Part shown: positions 11,769-25,488 of the stretch, one piece after another
Layout of the letters: every line of letters begins with the position of its first letter
Position numbering within the stretch: position 1 is the first letter of the stretch
Assembly: GCA_038496445.1 (NCBI GenBank)
Contig: JALMLS010000321.1
Location: forward strand, 124,001-188,000
Direction: 5' to 3'
Length of the DNA stretch: 64,000 nt
From: Trichosphaerium sp. ATCC 40318
Taxonomy: Eukaryota > Protista > Tubulinea
Translations under genes and position numbers: made by a program
The notes under the pieces: model-generated
What the model saw: only the letters and a program-made list of their open reading frames with translations
What the model was told of the DNA's origin: nothing
Databases searched by the model: none

Positions 11769-13874
11769 TTAGCCGTAATATCTATAGTATCTTGCTTTTT
11801 CTCTTCTTAGTTGTTCTTGCCTTTTCTTTTCTTGCTCTATTCTCCTTAGTTTATCTTTATACTCCAGGATTGTATTACAGAACTTGGACGAAGATAACAA
11901 GTCATTCCAAATAACACAAACTTTTCTGACATTTGATATTTCTCTTGCATCAAAGTCATCAAAGATAATCAAAAATACTTCCAGAGGTAGAGGGCTTTCA
12001 GTTGAATATGATGGTATACCCTTACCTGACCATGAAGGAACCCATTTTTGTTGAAATTGAGGTGATGGCGTGTACTTTGGGATGACATTATTTATAGGAG
12101 CAATTATATCCATTATCTCTGTTGTATTTTCTTTAAAAATAATATCTTTCACTATCGTTACTGTTCTCTTTGATATTGTTATTGCTGTTTCTATACACAA
12201 AGGCTTTATTTCATTATTGTACATTTCTCTAAATACTTATAAGATCAAACAAACTTTTTCTGGAGGGGAAGGCATTATGCCAAGATTAAAAAAAAAACAA
12301 CAGCTTGAATGAATTTTAAAGGTTGTTTTGGGTTTGCTTACTTGTGCTCTGGTGATAGCTTTGCAAGAATTTTTTTTGCTCGTCTATTGTCATTACTGAA
12401 ACATGCATAAGAAACAAGTGTTTGAAGATTTCCTCTGGAAATATTCGTCAAGTTCTATGCACGCAAGGGATGTTAAGAAAAAAAAAATCATGTAATTCAA
12501 AAACGCTACAACTTATTTACCTTGAACTTGTTACACTCAACAACATATTTTCCTGAGTTTACAGTGAATGATCGTGCTCTAGTATGAAATAAGGGTTTAC
12601 AAACATAAAAAAAATTAGAGAACGTGCACTTTGTGCTACGCTCTGTAGAGTGTTAACTGAAAAAAGAAGTTGATTTGATTTTCTCACACTTTGTTCTTTA
12701 ACTCGTTTACTGTCAATTTGACTCCCTTATACTTATAACGCCCTGCTATATCCATCAAAGCTTTCGTTATAGGTTTGTCCACTTTACATGGAAATCCAAA
12801 AGCAGCAGAACCGCGTACTGACTCAAATGTTCTGCTTGAAATCAAAAAACATGTTGAGTCAATATGTTGTAATAGAGCTCTTTTTATAGCATTAAACTCG
12901 CTGTTAAGTGCTGGATAATGTAATATTTTGTTCTGGAAAGTATTTTCACGCTTGTATCTCATCAATTGCCAGACAAAAAGAGGATATATTTTGCTTGCAG
13001 TGTCATAAAGTTCTTTCCATTTTTGTCTTATAAAAATAAACCTATCACGTGATTCGTTATTCTCTGTTCTTTTTATAATATAACCTTAGGTACATAAGAT
13101 AGATATTGACGTATAACATTTGTTTCAAGCGCACCTTTGAGCGGTGAAGCAAACGCGAAATTTGTTGGATCTTTTTCGTGTGGAAGTTTTATGTTGACGC
13201 CAAGAGCTTCACTGGCATCGTGTAATATAAAAGATGACACCTCTTGTCCCTTACTATTGATAAGATCTGTCAAACCAATACCTAAAATCACGTGGGTTTC
13301 TAAGCTTACAAGTAAAGCAAAATGAAAAACAAACCAAACGTACCTTGGATTTTGTTTTGGAAAACGCTGAATGTCTGGTTTGAGATTATTTCTATTATGT
13401 ATGAATACCCTTGTTTCATCGACGCTACGTTCGCGTTTTGTTCTAACCATTCTTTAGCCCATTTGGCAGGCTCTGATGTAAAACTATCACACGCCCAAAC
13501 ATAGACCTTGTTATTAATTGTGAACGCAATACCAGTTTCACCTAAGCGTATTAGCTTAATTTAACGGTTTTTTGGCGTATACAATCATATTTTGGTACTA
13601 CAGTGTAAGAATTGGTACTAAACAACGCTGGGATATCTTCTTGAGTTATTTCTATGGCCTCTGGTATTGTTGATTGTGCGATGAGATTATATTCGCCGTC
13701 AAGTACCAAATAACCGTCAAAGTACGTATCATCACTTTCTTTTGCGTTAGGACCCTTTGAAAATACCCTCAGGTTATTTTCTACGTCATCTTCTACACAA
13801 ACGACGCGCAAGCTGTCAACAGCGCCTGAAATATGTTCTTTCAATTCTTCAGGCGTTTTATAGTATTGTTGCAT
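11769..13874 (-). CDS. Degenerate T4 Rnl1-like RNA ligase domain protein, probably spliced into a C-terminal F-box exon (could be two genes)
   Basis: Rnl1-like segments GYLVLDGEYNLIA, PKYDCETG, ACDSFTSEPAKWAKEWL, YIIEIIS; F-box PLPLEVFLIIFDDFDAREISNVRKVCVIWNDL in ORF 11769-12224; phase-compatible exons link the two parts. Confidence 0.55.
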
Positions 13875-14241
13875 TGTTAATGATAAGCTGGAAAGACTGT
13901 AGCAATTCAACGAAAGCCGTTTGTTCAATTTGTTACTGCTTGTTTTGTGTTGAAACTGTTTTGTAAGGGCTCATATACTGCAAGTACTCTCAATAAAAGC
14001 ATGTGTAGCATAAAATGTGCACAAATAGAATAAAACATGCAGTAAGTTGTCTCAAAGCTGGTTAACTCACGCAATAGAAACCTTAGGCGTAGAGCTCTCT
14101 TATGGCAATTATTCCAGCCTGCTTAAGATTAAACTTTGACTTTTCCAGTTGCACGCAGCTCCAGTACGATTTTTCTTATCAGCTACATTCAGAGTGGTGG
14201 CATACTTACTTTCGGCGATTTCTACGTAACAATAGTCCAAA

Positions 14242-15436
14242 ATGGGTTTCCTGTGGCCAAAAAGTATGGGATACCGTATTTTATGTGTTTTCATAGTGCT
14301 AAACGCATTAATGTTCACTATTCAACTATTCCAACTTTCAACCAACACTACTGAAGTGTTTGGTGTTGAAAAAACGGGTATTGTAAAGTATTTAAAAAAA
14401 AGGCCAGAGTATGTACAGCTTTTTACAAAAATCTTTACGCGCGAACCAGTTGGGACTTGTTTACTGGATGAATGCTATACACTAGATATTTTGGAAGATA
14501 TGGCCTACCTTTACCACGGCGAGGAGCTACTGGAAACAGAGGTACGTTGCACGCGAGGATTTTTCTTTTTTTTTTTTTTTTTTTTTGGATTTCTTCGTAT
14601 CCTTGTTTGACTTTTTCCGTTATAGAAGATACCTCCCTACGGATGGCATAACTCTCAGAATGCCGCTCTTGTATTTGCTCTTTCGTACCTTCGTAAGATT
14701 CTACCACAGAATGCTAAGTTATTCGTTGTTGAAGATGATATGACATACTGTGATTCTCTTCAATTGCGAGATTTTCATATCGAACAGGCTCTTGAGCACT
14801 GCTTTTCTGTTTCTTATGGACTTGGGTTTTCTGGTCTTGTTCTGGTACCATCTAGACTTGAACCTTATATCAAGCTTCTTAATGAAAGCGCACAACCTGT
14901 CAGTGATACAAATCCAGAATCACTTCAATGTGATCAAATATTGGGAAGAAATTTCGTAAGTTGTCTCTTCTATTACAATTACTTCAGCCATACACATACG
15001 AAAAAGTCTAGTTTCAAAACAGAAGGTCATGGAGGATATAGTAAGTACAAATTCAGCTTCATCCCCACAATTTTGTTCTTGGCATGGTGTAAAAGCTTCA
15101 AAGGAAAAAAAGATACTTTTTTTTTTTTTTGCATTCACAGAATCGTTTCAGTTTGTCTGTTGTAGTTCCCTTTTGTCTAGTTTGGATTTTATTATTTGCT
15201 CCGCCTTTAATGTTTTATAAAGAAAGCGGTTTCACTAATTATCTTTTACTTTAGTACCATGTGGACACAGAGTAGAGCGGGGAAAAAAAATGTTTTGCGA
15301 ATGTTTTGATAATGATTTGAAGAACAAGGACTCTCCATGCAATTCTCTTTATTTTGCAGATAGGTGGGACAGGGTACCTTTTAATTTTATAAAGGAAAAA
15401 ACAAACCTTGCACTTTGTTCTGAAGGAGCGACTTAA
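14242..15436 (+). CDS. Putative type II membrane glycosyltransferase (GT-A fold, EDD motif)
   Basis: N-terminal signal anchor (RILCVFIVLNALMFTIQLF), FVVEDD motif, GFSGLV, later CDQIL; multi-exon. Confidence 0.5.
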
Positions 15437-15854
15437 AGTTTAAATAACAATGCTCCAATTGCTTGCAAAAAATTTAAATAAAATCCGACGATATCACGTG
15501 GGTACTATGAACACTGTTCGTAATAAACTTATCAAGCGTAACGATGGTGTACAAGAATTATAAAACTATTTCATTGTAACCACGTGGTTTGTGGCGTTTC
15601 TCTGTGACTTTCAACAGTGTTTCATAGCAATTTAAATTTTGAAAGGATCCTTACGTACTCACCGAGTATTTTCCGTACTCACCCAGTATTTTTACTACTT
15701 CACGTCTCACCAGTACACTATTCGGAGTTTGGCCATGGGTTTTCGGCAACAAGGCGAAAAACTAGGCAAGACCTTATTAGGACAACTTATCCAAAGTTGG
15801 TTAAATTCCATTTGCAGAGACATGTACATGGCGAAGGTAGTACTTAGGTCGAGA

Positions 15855-18301
15855 ATGGCTATTCTAGTGATCATTACGATGCTATGTGTTCAAAGTACTG
15901 TAGAAAGAGTGTTTTTGAGAGAAATGCTAACAAAATGAGTCTAGACACGTTAACTATGTTCGCTGATCCACAAATGAATGTTTTTATGGATACCTTGGCG
16001 TTAGTAGACAATACATCACCTATTGAGATAACAGAAGTATCTATTTCGCTCGGAGAGCCTGTAGGCTTTGGTTTTACTTATTTTTACGCAATTGCAAGCA
16101 AACTCAACTCAGGAGATCTAAATAGTATTTCTGTGGGTGCAGTATCACGGGAAGGTACAGTATACAGCTAATATGGCGAATAGCTTACTAAATAAGCCTA
16201 ATATACCTAAATAATGTCGATCTAGCGTTTTTGCAAGGTAATACAACAGGAGTTGTCATCTCTGAGGCAGTATTGCCTGCTATTGAGTTTGATAAAACGA
16301 AAGCGCTATTAGTTTATTTGGAGTCAGTAAGCAACCAAGTTTATTATCGCTTTGTTACTAGGGATGCGCAAGGGGTAACTTTTCTTCACAAAAATTTATT
16401 TTTGATCATTACTTGTTTTGTCGATTTTTTGATGTCATTACTGTTTTGTCGATTTTTCTTTGCTTTGAGACGGTTCTCTGAGTATTTTTCGTAGGTTTCT
16501 ATGACAAACGCTTTACCTTTATTTGAAACTGCAAGTGGAAATCCAGAAATATACATAACATGTGATCCACATGGTATGTTTTTAACAACGTTTTTTATCG
16601 CTTTTCTTATTTTTTTCTTTTTTTAACATGTGACTACCAAGCACCTGGTGATACTTTCATGGTAAATATTGACGACCAAACATCAACTCATATATTCCAC
16701 TTCAATAAGGATGTACCCACTAGTATTCCATGGGGAGGAGGTACGTACTAACATCAAGAAAGCAATACGAAAAAAAGTTGAAAACAAAACCAACAAATGA
16801 TTAGCTGGAGGCAATAGTCAAAGGTTGGTAGCGCTAGACTCTGATTATTGTTTTCTCAAAGGTATCGGATATCCAAGTAGGGATGTCGATATTTTCATTG
16901 CAAATTCTAGTGCCAGTGTACACACAAACTTTATTTTTCTTCGAAAAGAAACTAGTCGTATCTTTGTTTGGTAATTTTGTTTTTAGTTGTCATTTAATAC
17001 CTACACTGAACAGATACCTCCTGCATTTTACTCTTCTGTAACAACAGAAATATACGTATCAGATAACAATGATGGATTCTATCACTTTGTTATTGATGTT
17101 GGAGTACCAAAAATATGCATTTTTCCAACAAACTGCAGTTTTTTTGATGTTCCACCAGGTGTTATAGTCTTCGCCAGATGCAGTGCTCATCCAGCATTTG
17201 ATTTTGGAATATTAAATGATGTTGCTGATATTGTGTATCTACCTACAACAATAAGATTTGAGTTTGTAGCTGTTGTGGCGAACAAAGCAGGATCAATCTA
17301 CATAATCGCTTATGATCAGAATACTAGTACTTATAACCAGACTGAAGCTATACTTGTTCCTCGCGCAGGGACTTTAGTCGGTATAACAAATATAAAGGTG
17401 TATTTTGATACAGGTTCATGTGTACTCACCGTACGTGGGTAAAGGCCATTTTTTGGGTGACTCCCAAAACTTCAAACTTCAATCATATACGTTTGTTTGC
17501 TTGTCTCAGTCTTTCTTTTTATAGGTTATCGCTTTCCTCAATGATACAACTTCTGCTATTGCATTTTATGATCAATCTCTTGGATTATGGGAATGTCCAC
17601 GTGCGTGTCAAAAACTATCTTTAAGAACCAAAAAAAAAACCCGCCAAACATTCATTGTTTTAATGATTCTTTTGTTTGTAGCGCCTCCACCAACCACTTT
17701 ATCGCCTACACCTACGCCTACGACAGTATCACCCACAATATCACCAACACAAACACCTGTGTTTGTTGTTGATACAACAGTACCTATCATTATAACGACA
17801 TTACCTGTTTTTATACCAGGTTCTACTGTTGGCAATATAACTATAATTTATCAAGACCAATTAATACCTCCTACTATTATAAACGGATGTCTTGATGATT
17901 TAGAAATCATAGAGATTATGATACAGAATGATACATTACTTGAAGAGTTAATTCAAAACGGAAATTTCACATTACTTGAATTCCAAGAAATTTGTTCAAA
18001 CGTGGATGTAGAAGTTATACTAACAACACCAAATAATGGTAAATGCAAGCTTGACGTAAGTCAAGTAGCATCGAAACTTGTAGTATTATTTGGAGACTCA
18101 TGTGCAATTGGACAAGAGGAAAAAGACGACGATTCAAATTTAATTATATACTACATTGTTGCAGGAGTTATTGCTTTTGTTGTAGCTTGTATTGCTGCTT
18201 TAGCATGGGTGCTTACTATAAAGTACAGAAGAGCTATGAATCAGAAGAAATTTAAAGAGCGTATGAAATCTGTTAAGGTAGCAACAGCATACACAACATA
18301 A
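15855..18301 (+). CDS. Type I membrane/surface protein with Pro/Thr-rich stalk
   Basis: Signal peptide MAILVIITML, beta-rich ectodomain exons, PPPTTLSPTPTPTTVSPT stalk, TM IIYYIVAGVIAFVVACIAALAWVL, basic cytoplasmic tail. Confidence 0.7.
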
Positions 18302-18564
18302 GAACAAAATAATAAATAAAAATAAAGTTCCCAAGATTAACTAATGTACAGTTTCATGGCCGATATTGAACGGTCTATCAAAGGCCTATAGATGTGTAAA
18401 GCCGCTCAAAACTTGAATAATGCAGTACACATTTTTGCATTAACATTGTTTTGTGCACGTGACAACAAACCACGAGAGCTGGATTTCAGGAACGACATTG
18501 TAGCACAACGGGTTTTACTTTTGTTGAAAAAAACCCGAGAACTACAATCAAAAGCAACCACAGC

Positions 18565-21500
18565 ATGTCAAAGTCGGAGAAGATTATTCTAATGGTAGCT
18601 GAGAAGCCTATGATAGCAAGGGCTATCTCAATGATTCTTTCCAAGGGACAGGTTAGGAGGGTAAACGTGTTTAACGCGTATAACGCTGTAGTAGATGGAA
18701 ACACACCCTGGGAAACCACAGTCAGCTCCTCCAGTGTTTTTATTCAGAGCTAAGTACCAAGGCCGCCCTGCATTGTATAAAGGTATTGAGCGTATAATTT
18801 ACGTGGTTTAACGCTGTAATAGTCAGTAGTACATTTGGGCATGTTTATAAGACCGAATTCGCAAAGGGAGAGCATCAAAATTGGGCGTTAGATCAAGTAC
18901 GCAGTGATTTAACGCGGCCAATAGTAAAAAAGCGCCAAACACCCTAAACTGTCTTAAACTTATACAAAACGCTTACAGAAACTACTATTTGATGCTCCTA
19001 TACATAAAGTCCCTTCAGAAGGGAAAGGAAAACAATGTGCAATGAATTTGCAGAATCTGGCACGAGGAGCATCAGTGTAAGCTATTTAACCCTCAAAATC
19101 CATCAACAGCGAAAAAACAAAACCCCTCAACGACATTTGAAGATTGTTTCCTCCAAAATCTAAAGTTTTGGACTAGGTTGGTCTTATGGCTCGATTGTGA
19201 TAGGGAGGGTGAGAATATTTGCTTTGAGGTTACTCAAAATACGAACCCTAAGATGTCTAAGCCATTTAAAGTTCTTAGAGCAAAGTTTTCATGTACGCAA
19301 CTTTGCAATGTGTCACATTTTTCATTCACTGATTTCTACCTGTCAAACTTTTTTTCTTTTTTTGCGTTTTTTTTTCATTCATGCTCATGCTTTGTTTTAG
19401 CTATTACAGAAAAAGATGTTAATCATGCAATGGCTAATTTGGTAAAACCAGATAAAAATCAATCACTTGCTGTTGATGCACGACAAGAAATCGACCTGAA
19501 AATAGGATGTGCATTTACTAGGTTCCAAACACGTTATTTTCATCAAAAATACGCCAACCTGGATTCACAGTGTATCAGTTATGTACGTTAATTATCTTGA
19601 TTTTGTAAAAGACCGTACCAGACAGTATCACCCCAAAACACTCTAATCGCACATGATAGGGACCTTGTCAAATCCCAACACTTTGGTTTTGTGTTGATCA
19701 ACACGACAAGATACTCAACTTTCAACGTATGTCTTCATCCATCCTCTGTCCAAGCTCCATTTTATTAACTTCTTATAGCACGAAAATACTATGTAGTATC
19801 AGTCACTGTTTCAAAGAAGGTACATAGATAGTACACTGTCTGTTTTTACAAAGCTCAAGTCTTTTTTTTTTTCTCTTTTTTTTTTTTTGGCATTGCAGAA
19901 TTTATCCGCTTTCTCAACTTGTTTAATAGGGCTTGTATTCTGAACTTTCTAGAAAAAATGCCAAGAGGATGTTTCATCGCCCAAAAGCAGAAGAATTGAA
20001 AAAGAAGTTATCAGCAATACCTTTCGCAACGTAACTTTTAAAATGTTTTTATTTTATTTTATGTACTGTTGACAAACACTTTGTTCTTTTAGTGTTGTTG
20101 ACATTAAGACTCAAAAAAAGAAGAAAGATAGACCTGTTCCTCTGAATACTGTTAAACTACTTCAAATAGCATCATCAAACCTTGGTATAGGTCCACACGA
20201 GACAATGCAATACGCAGAGAAACTATATACTGCGTATGTGTTTTTACTTTGTTTTAACACATTATTAATCAACATGCACTAGGGGTTACATCAGTTATCC
20301 TAGAACAGAAAGGTACGCACAAGATAAATAATATTCTTTTCAAACTACGTGTCTTTATTGAGCGACAAGCCCAATTTGTTTTCAACAGTGTTTGTATTGT
20401 ATTTCTTTCGAAAATATCCAAAAATAGTTTTCTGATACTGAACGGCTCTAACAGTTACACAAATTAGTACCAAATACCCTGATAGTTTTGATTTCAATAC
20501 ACCTCTACAACATTTCGCAAGAACAAATGTGTGGGGTAAATACGTAAGTCAGTCAAACAAGAACAATGAGGTTGTACTAATATGAAAAAAACCGCTAGGT
20601 TTCAAAGCTATTACAGGATGGCGTCAAAGGTAATAATAAAGGCAAAGATATGGGTGATCACCCACCTATTACCCCAATGTCACTTGCATCTCCATCTGAT
20701 CTAGCACCTCTGAGTTGGAAGATTTATGAGTACATTGTCAGTCATTTTATTGGTTCTCTTTCACAGCCTTGTTTCTATGAACATGCTGAAGTAACATTCG
20801 CTGTTGGTGATCAAAACTTTTCCTTCACAAGTACGTTTAATAACAACGCCTATGCTATAAAGGCGATACACAAAAAAGAAATAGTACAAGGCTGTACATG
20901 TACAGTTTCACTGAAAACAACACTTGGTTTTGGTTTTTTTTTCGTATTCTTTGACGACTTTTGTTTGCATTCTCATTTGATGTTTAGAGGAAAGTCTCAT
21001 ATCTCCTGGATTTACTGAAATTATGCACTGGCTTGCTCCAGTATATAAAACAAGTATGCCACTTGAAAAAGGAGAGAAAGTTAAAATTGGAGCTATAAAT
21101 CTCAATGAGAAAATGACACAACCTCCACCTCATTTATCCGAAAGTGAGCTTATTTCACTCATGGAAAAAAATCAGATTGGTAAGCATACCCTCAGGATAG
21201 TTTTTTGTGATTATTAAGCTTCTATGTATAGGCACTGATGCCTCAATACCTACCCATATTGAGAATATTTGCAAGAGGAATTATGTTTATGTTGATAAAC
21301 AGTATCGTCGCCTTATACCTACAAAATTAGGCGTTTGCTTGATTCATGGATACCAACGCATTGATAAAGATATAGTTTCGCCTAAATTAAGATCAGAGAT
21401 TGAAGGAGAGATTGATAAAATTGCAAACGGAAAGGAGAAAAAACATGAAGTTGTTAATCGTTTTTTGGATTTATTTAAAGAAAAGTTTATTAACTTTGTT

Positions 21501-22659
21501 GCCAAGGTAATAATACACTTTTTCATTATCACGTGCTTATCACGTGATTTTATTTTATAGATTGAAGGTATGGATGTGCTATTTTCAGATTCTTTCTCTA
21601 CGTTTGAGCAGGTGGGCGTTGATAACAAGATAAAACCTCAATGTGGTAGATGGTGAGTTAGTTTAGTTTTTTCTGTGCTCTAACTGTTACTTCTTTAGTA
21701 GAAAGTATATGAAACTCATCCTGAAACAACCATATAGATTATATTGCAGTGTATGTGAGGAAACCTATTCATTACCTACGAAACGTTACATGAAAATAAG
21801 AGTACGTTATTAGCAAAGCAAGCTTATATCGCTAAACAACAAAATTTTTTTAGATGATATCAAATCAAAGATGTCCTCTTGATGGTTTTGAACTAATGGT
21901 TTGTACTGATAAGAATGGAAAAGCTTTTACAGTATGTCCTTATTGCTATAATAATCCTACGTTACCTGGAATGGAACCGCGTACGCTCAAACAAAAATGG
22001 CGGTAAATGTTTGTTTAACTTGTTTACAGAAAAAGGATGCTTTGCTTGCCCTAAGGAAGATTGCAAGTTCAGTGGGTCTAACATAACTCTGGGTGCATGT
22101 ACAGTTTGTGATTTTGGCGCGCTAATGGCTGCACCGAATAACAGACCAAGACTTGATTGTCATGCATGTAACCATGCTATAGTATTCAAAAAAGAAGCTC
22201 AAAGTACGTTAAAAGCAAATGCAAAAAAAACTAATGGATAAACTTCAGAACTCACAATAGAGGGCACGTGTGATAGGTGCCAAGGAAAACTATTAACTAT
22301 ACAACTCGCCCGCGAGAAGGGAGCTTCAGCTCCTAAAACTATAACTGCGTGCTTCATGTGTGATGACGATCTGACTGAGCTAATGTACCTTACTTTTTTT
22401 TTTCTCACTAAATATTTTTTTTAATTCGTTTTAACAAAATGACAGTGAGGTTCCACAACGTGGAAGACGAGGTCGTGGTAGAGGTAGGGGAAGAGGTCGC
22501 GGTAGAAGAAAAGGTCGTGGTCGAGGAAGAGGAAGAGGGTCTTCAAGAGGAGGAAGTAATTCTCGTGGTGGAAGAGGCGGACGAGGGGGAAAAGGAGGTA
22601 GGGGAGGTAGGGGTGGCCGAGGTCGTGGCTCTCGCGGTCGTGGCCGAGGTCGTAATTGA
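18565..22659 (+). CDS. TOP3B: DNA topoisomerase III beta
   Basis: LMVAEKP TOPRIM start, LWLDCDREGENICFEV, VDARQEIDLKIGCAFTRFQT, GYISYPRTE, GDHPPITP, GTDASIPTHI, C-terminal CxxC zinc fingers and RGG tail. Confidence 0.95.
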
Positions 22660-23177
22660 TATTTTTTGTAATGATGTTTTGTCTATTTATCACGTGTTGC
22701 TTATTGCACAAAAAATCACGTGAGCTTGTACACAAAAATGAGAAGAAAACAAACAAAAAAAAAGGAAATAAAAAAAAATCTTTAACGCACAAAAAAAAAA
22801 ATAGGTTTGATCGTCAAATTCCTCTTGTTCGCCCTAATCACTTTTTGTTATTTAGTTTAGTATCTGACATACAACTGGACTTGTCAAGTCAAGATAAAGT
22901 TCCAATATCTTAAGACCTTAGTACATAAAAGGGTCAAAAAGTTCAAATTGGTAAAACGGGTTTAAAAAAAAAACGTGCGCAACAACAAGTTTTTTACACG
23001 CGAAAAGTATTGTTTAACTGAAGTAATAGCCGTGTTTTTTTTGTTTACCAATAAGCACATGACGCATTCGATCAAATAATATACATACAAAACAACAGAT
23101 ATCGCAACAACAGCGCAACAAACCAAAAACCCAAAAAACCAACAAAAAAAAAAAAATTATTTCATAAAACAATACAA

Positions 23178-25335
23178 ATGAAACGTTTACTGCATAAAAT
23201 AACGTCAAAGGGGAAGATAAAGGCAAAATCAGATAAACCGATGGATATAACAAAAGGTACGTATTTTTTTTCTATTGTACTGGCTTTTATAGCACCTTCA
23301 CTACAACCTACACGATATGGTACTACCAAAAAACGAAGCGATCGGTTTTTTTTTTTGATTTTTTTTTTTGAATTCCACCCGATTTGATGGAGCTTTACAT
23401 CTACGCGAACCAATTCGTCTACGCGCGTAAGATTGTTTTTTTACGCGTATTTACTCGAGTAGTGGATTTTTTTGAACAACAAAAGAAAACTTTTTACGTT
23501 GTAAACAACGTCTCTTTCAAACTCGCTTTTTAACCTTCTCATAACGTTTAGTAAACCTTGATGATGTTGAATACTTCGATAACGGAACTATTGTCTTTAG
23601 AAACTTTTTAACAACAAAACAGCAAGAAGAGCTTCTTAACAAGTGCTTTGTATTATCAGAGAACGATGTAAACAAAGAAATCAACGAAAAGAACTTTCTG
23701 AGGTGAGATATTCGATATTTTTCATTTTTTTTTTTATTTTTTCTCTTTTCACAGATTTTGTCTTTTCGGTTTTTTGTTGCTTCTAACTTGTTTATTCACC
23801 TTGCATTACCTTTAAACCGTCTTGTATTTTCACTTGATGGCCATATCGTTACATTTACCTATTTTTGCTGACACACGTGCCTAGGAACGAAAAATCTTAT
23901 AACAAAGGAGCAGCGAAGGTATGCACAACCTCAAACAATGCTTTGAAATGAAAAATTGGATTTTTTATCTGCTACAGAGTCGAGTTTTTGTTTAATGTTT
24001 AGATCTACCATCTTCTTGCTTTGTTTTTTTCGGTTTTTTTTGTTCTATTAATTTTTCTTACAAATCACGTTTTTTTACCTTTCTAATGGGTCTGTTATTA
24101 GGCTTTTATGTTTTATAACTGGGCTGCTTTTCCCGCTAGTTTTACACAAACAAGACCTGATGAATTATGTGATATAGGAAAGCAGGTACGTAGGAGCGAT
24201 TATTCAAGTCTCTTTCGTGAAGTACCCTGAACTTTTATTTTGATTGAAACCAAATCACTTTCTCACTGTATTTATCATCACGCTCACTCATGTTACCTTA
24301 GACGATGGCGTATGCGCACAAGCTAAGCCTATTGAGATCAGATGTAGAGGAATTTTATCGGTTACCCAACATCGAAAATCCAGAGTCGCTTTACGCCATT
24401 CTGTATCCTATGAAAGGTACCTAAAGACTGATAGGGTTTTCGAGAAATTTTTTTTTCAATTTATCATGTCAAGTCTCACGTGATTTATTAGGAAGTTTTG
24501 GTGGTCATGTCGATGGAGCTGACGTAAGTGTTACTGTTTAATTTAATTTTTTTTCGCTTACCTCTTAAAAGGGCTGGGCTATGAGTATATCTATAGGAGA
24601 CTCTGCAACTTTCTTTATTCATAAAACAAAGTACACTGATAGAAAGAAAAGAAAAGGAACTTTTACTGAAGAAGAAATCGAAAAAGATAGGACTTATATC
24701 CATATACGATCTGGAGACGCTTGTATTTTTAAAGGTGGCCAAGTACGTGAATACTTGAATATCCTTTGAAATCCACAAGAAACACAAAATCCTTTTTTTT
24801 TTGATATTAAATTTTTCTTTACAGTTGGAACATGGCGTTTCAAGAATATATACGGATTCGGCACCTAGTTTTTGGAAGAAGCATAGAGCCCGTAGTACAG
24901 AACATGCATCTCGTATGGTGCTTCAGTATAGGTACGCAACATAAAAAAGGAAACAAGAAAAAAAGAAAAAAGATCAAAAAACAAGAATTGTATTTGTCAA
25001 ATTTCTCGTGCCACAGTGGAGTGTTTGTCACGTGTTTATTATTTTTCACTTGGTTTTCTGTTTATTTTTATATTTAGGGACTCTAAAGATCATTTAATGT
25101 ACAACCCATATTTTTACGTTCGACAAGATGAAAACACTTCAGATGTGACTTGCTCAAAGCTTCATCGTCTTGGTCGTTCATCAGAGACTGATTCTATGGA
25201 ATCACCACAGACTATCGAACCTGCAGACAAGGAAGAAAATGGTGTCATGGTGAGTACAGGATTACTATTTCAGCAAACTTTTTTTTTTTTTTTTATTTCG
25301 TTTTGTCATTTGTCTTACTGTCTTCATAGGACTAA
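23178..25335 (+). CDS. AlkB-like 2OG-Fe(II) dioxygenase (start uncertain)
   Basis: VFRNFLT..QQEELL, GGHVDG (HxD), SISIGDSATF, IRSGDACIF, HGVSRI, RMVLQYR. Confidence 0.75.
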
Positions 25336-25488
25336 AGGTATGGTGGTTCTGTGGTAAATTGTTGCTTCGACAACAAATTGTAATTATACATGTAACAATT
25401 ACATGCTTTCAATGATAACTGTTAAACTTAAAAAGCTTGGTATTACTTTCTTTTTATTTTTGAACAAAAACCAAAAATATTTACTTTT

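Noticed and set aside
22439-22723. Glu/Val-rich ORF (EVVVEVGEE...)
   Set aside because: Alternate-frame reading of the TOP3B RGG-tail exon
14595-24770. RTATCCTT strings (~14597, ~24762) as possible U12 intron donors
   Set aside because: They lie inside ordinary GT-AG introns, not at exon boundaries
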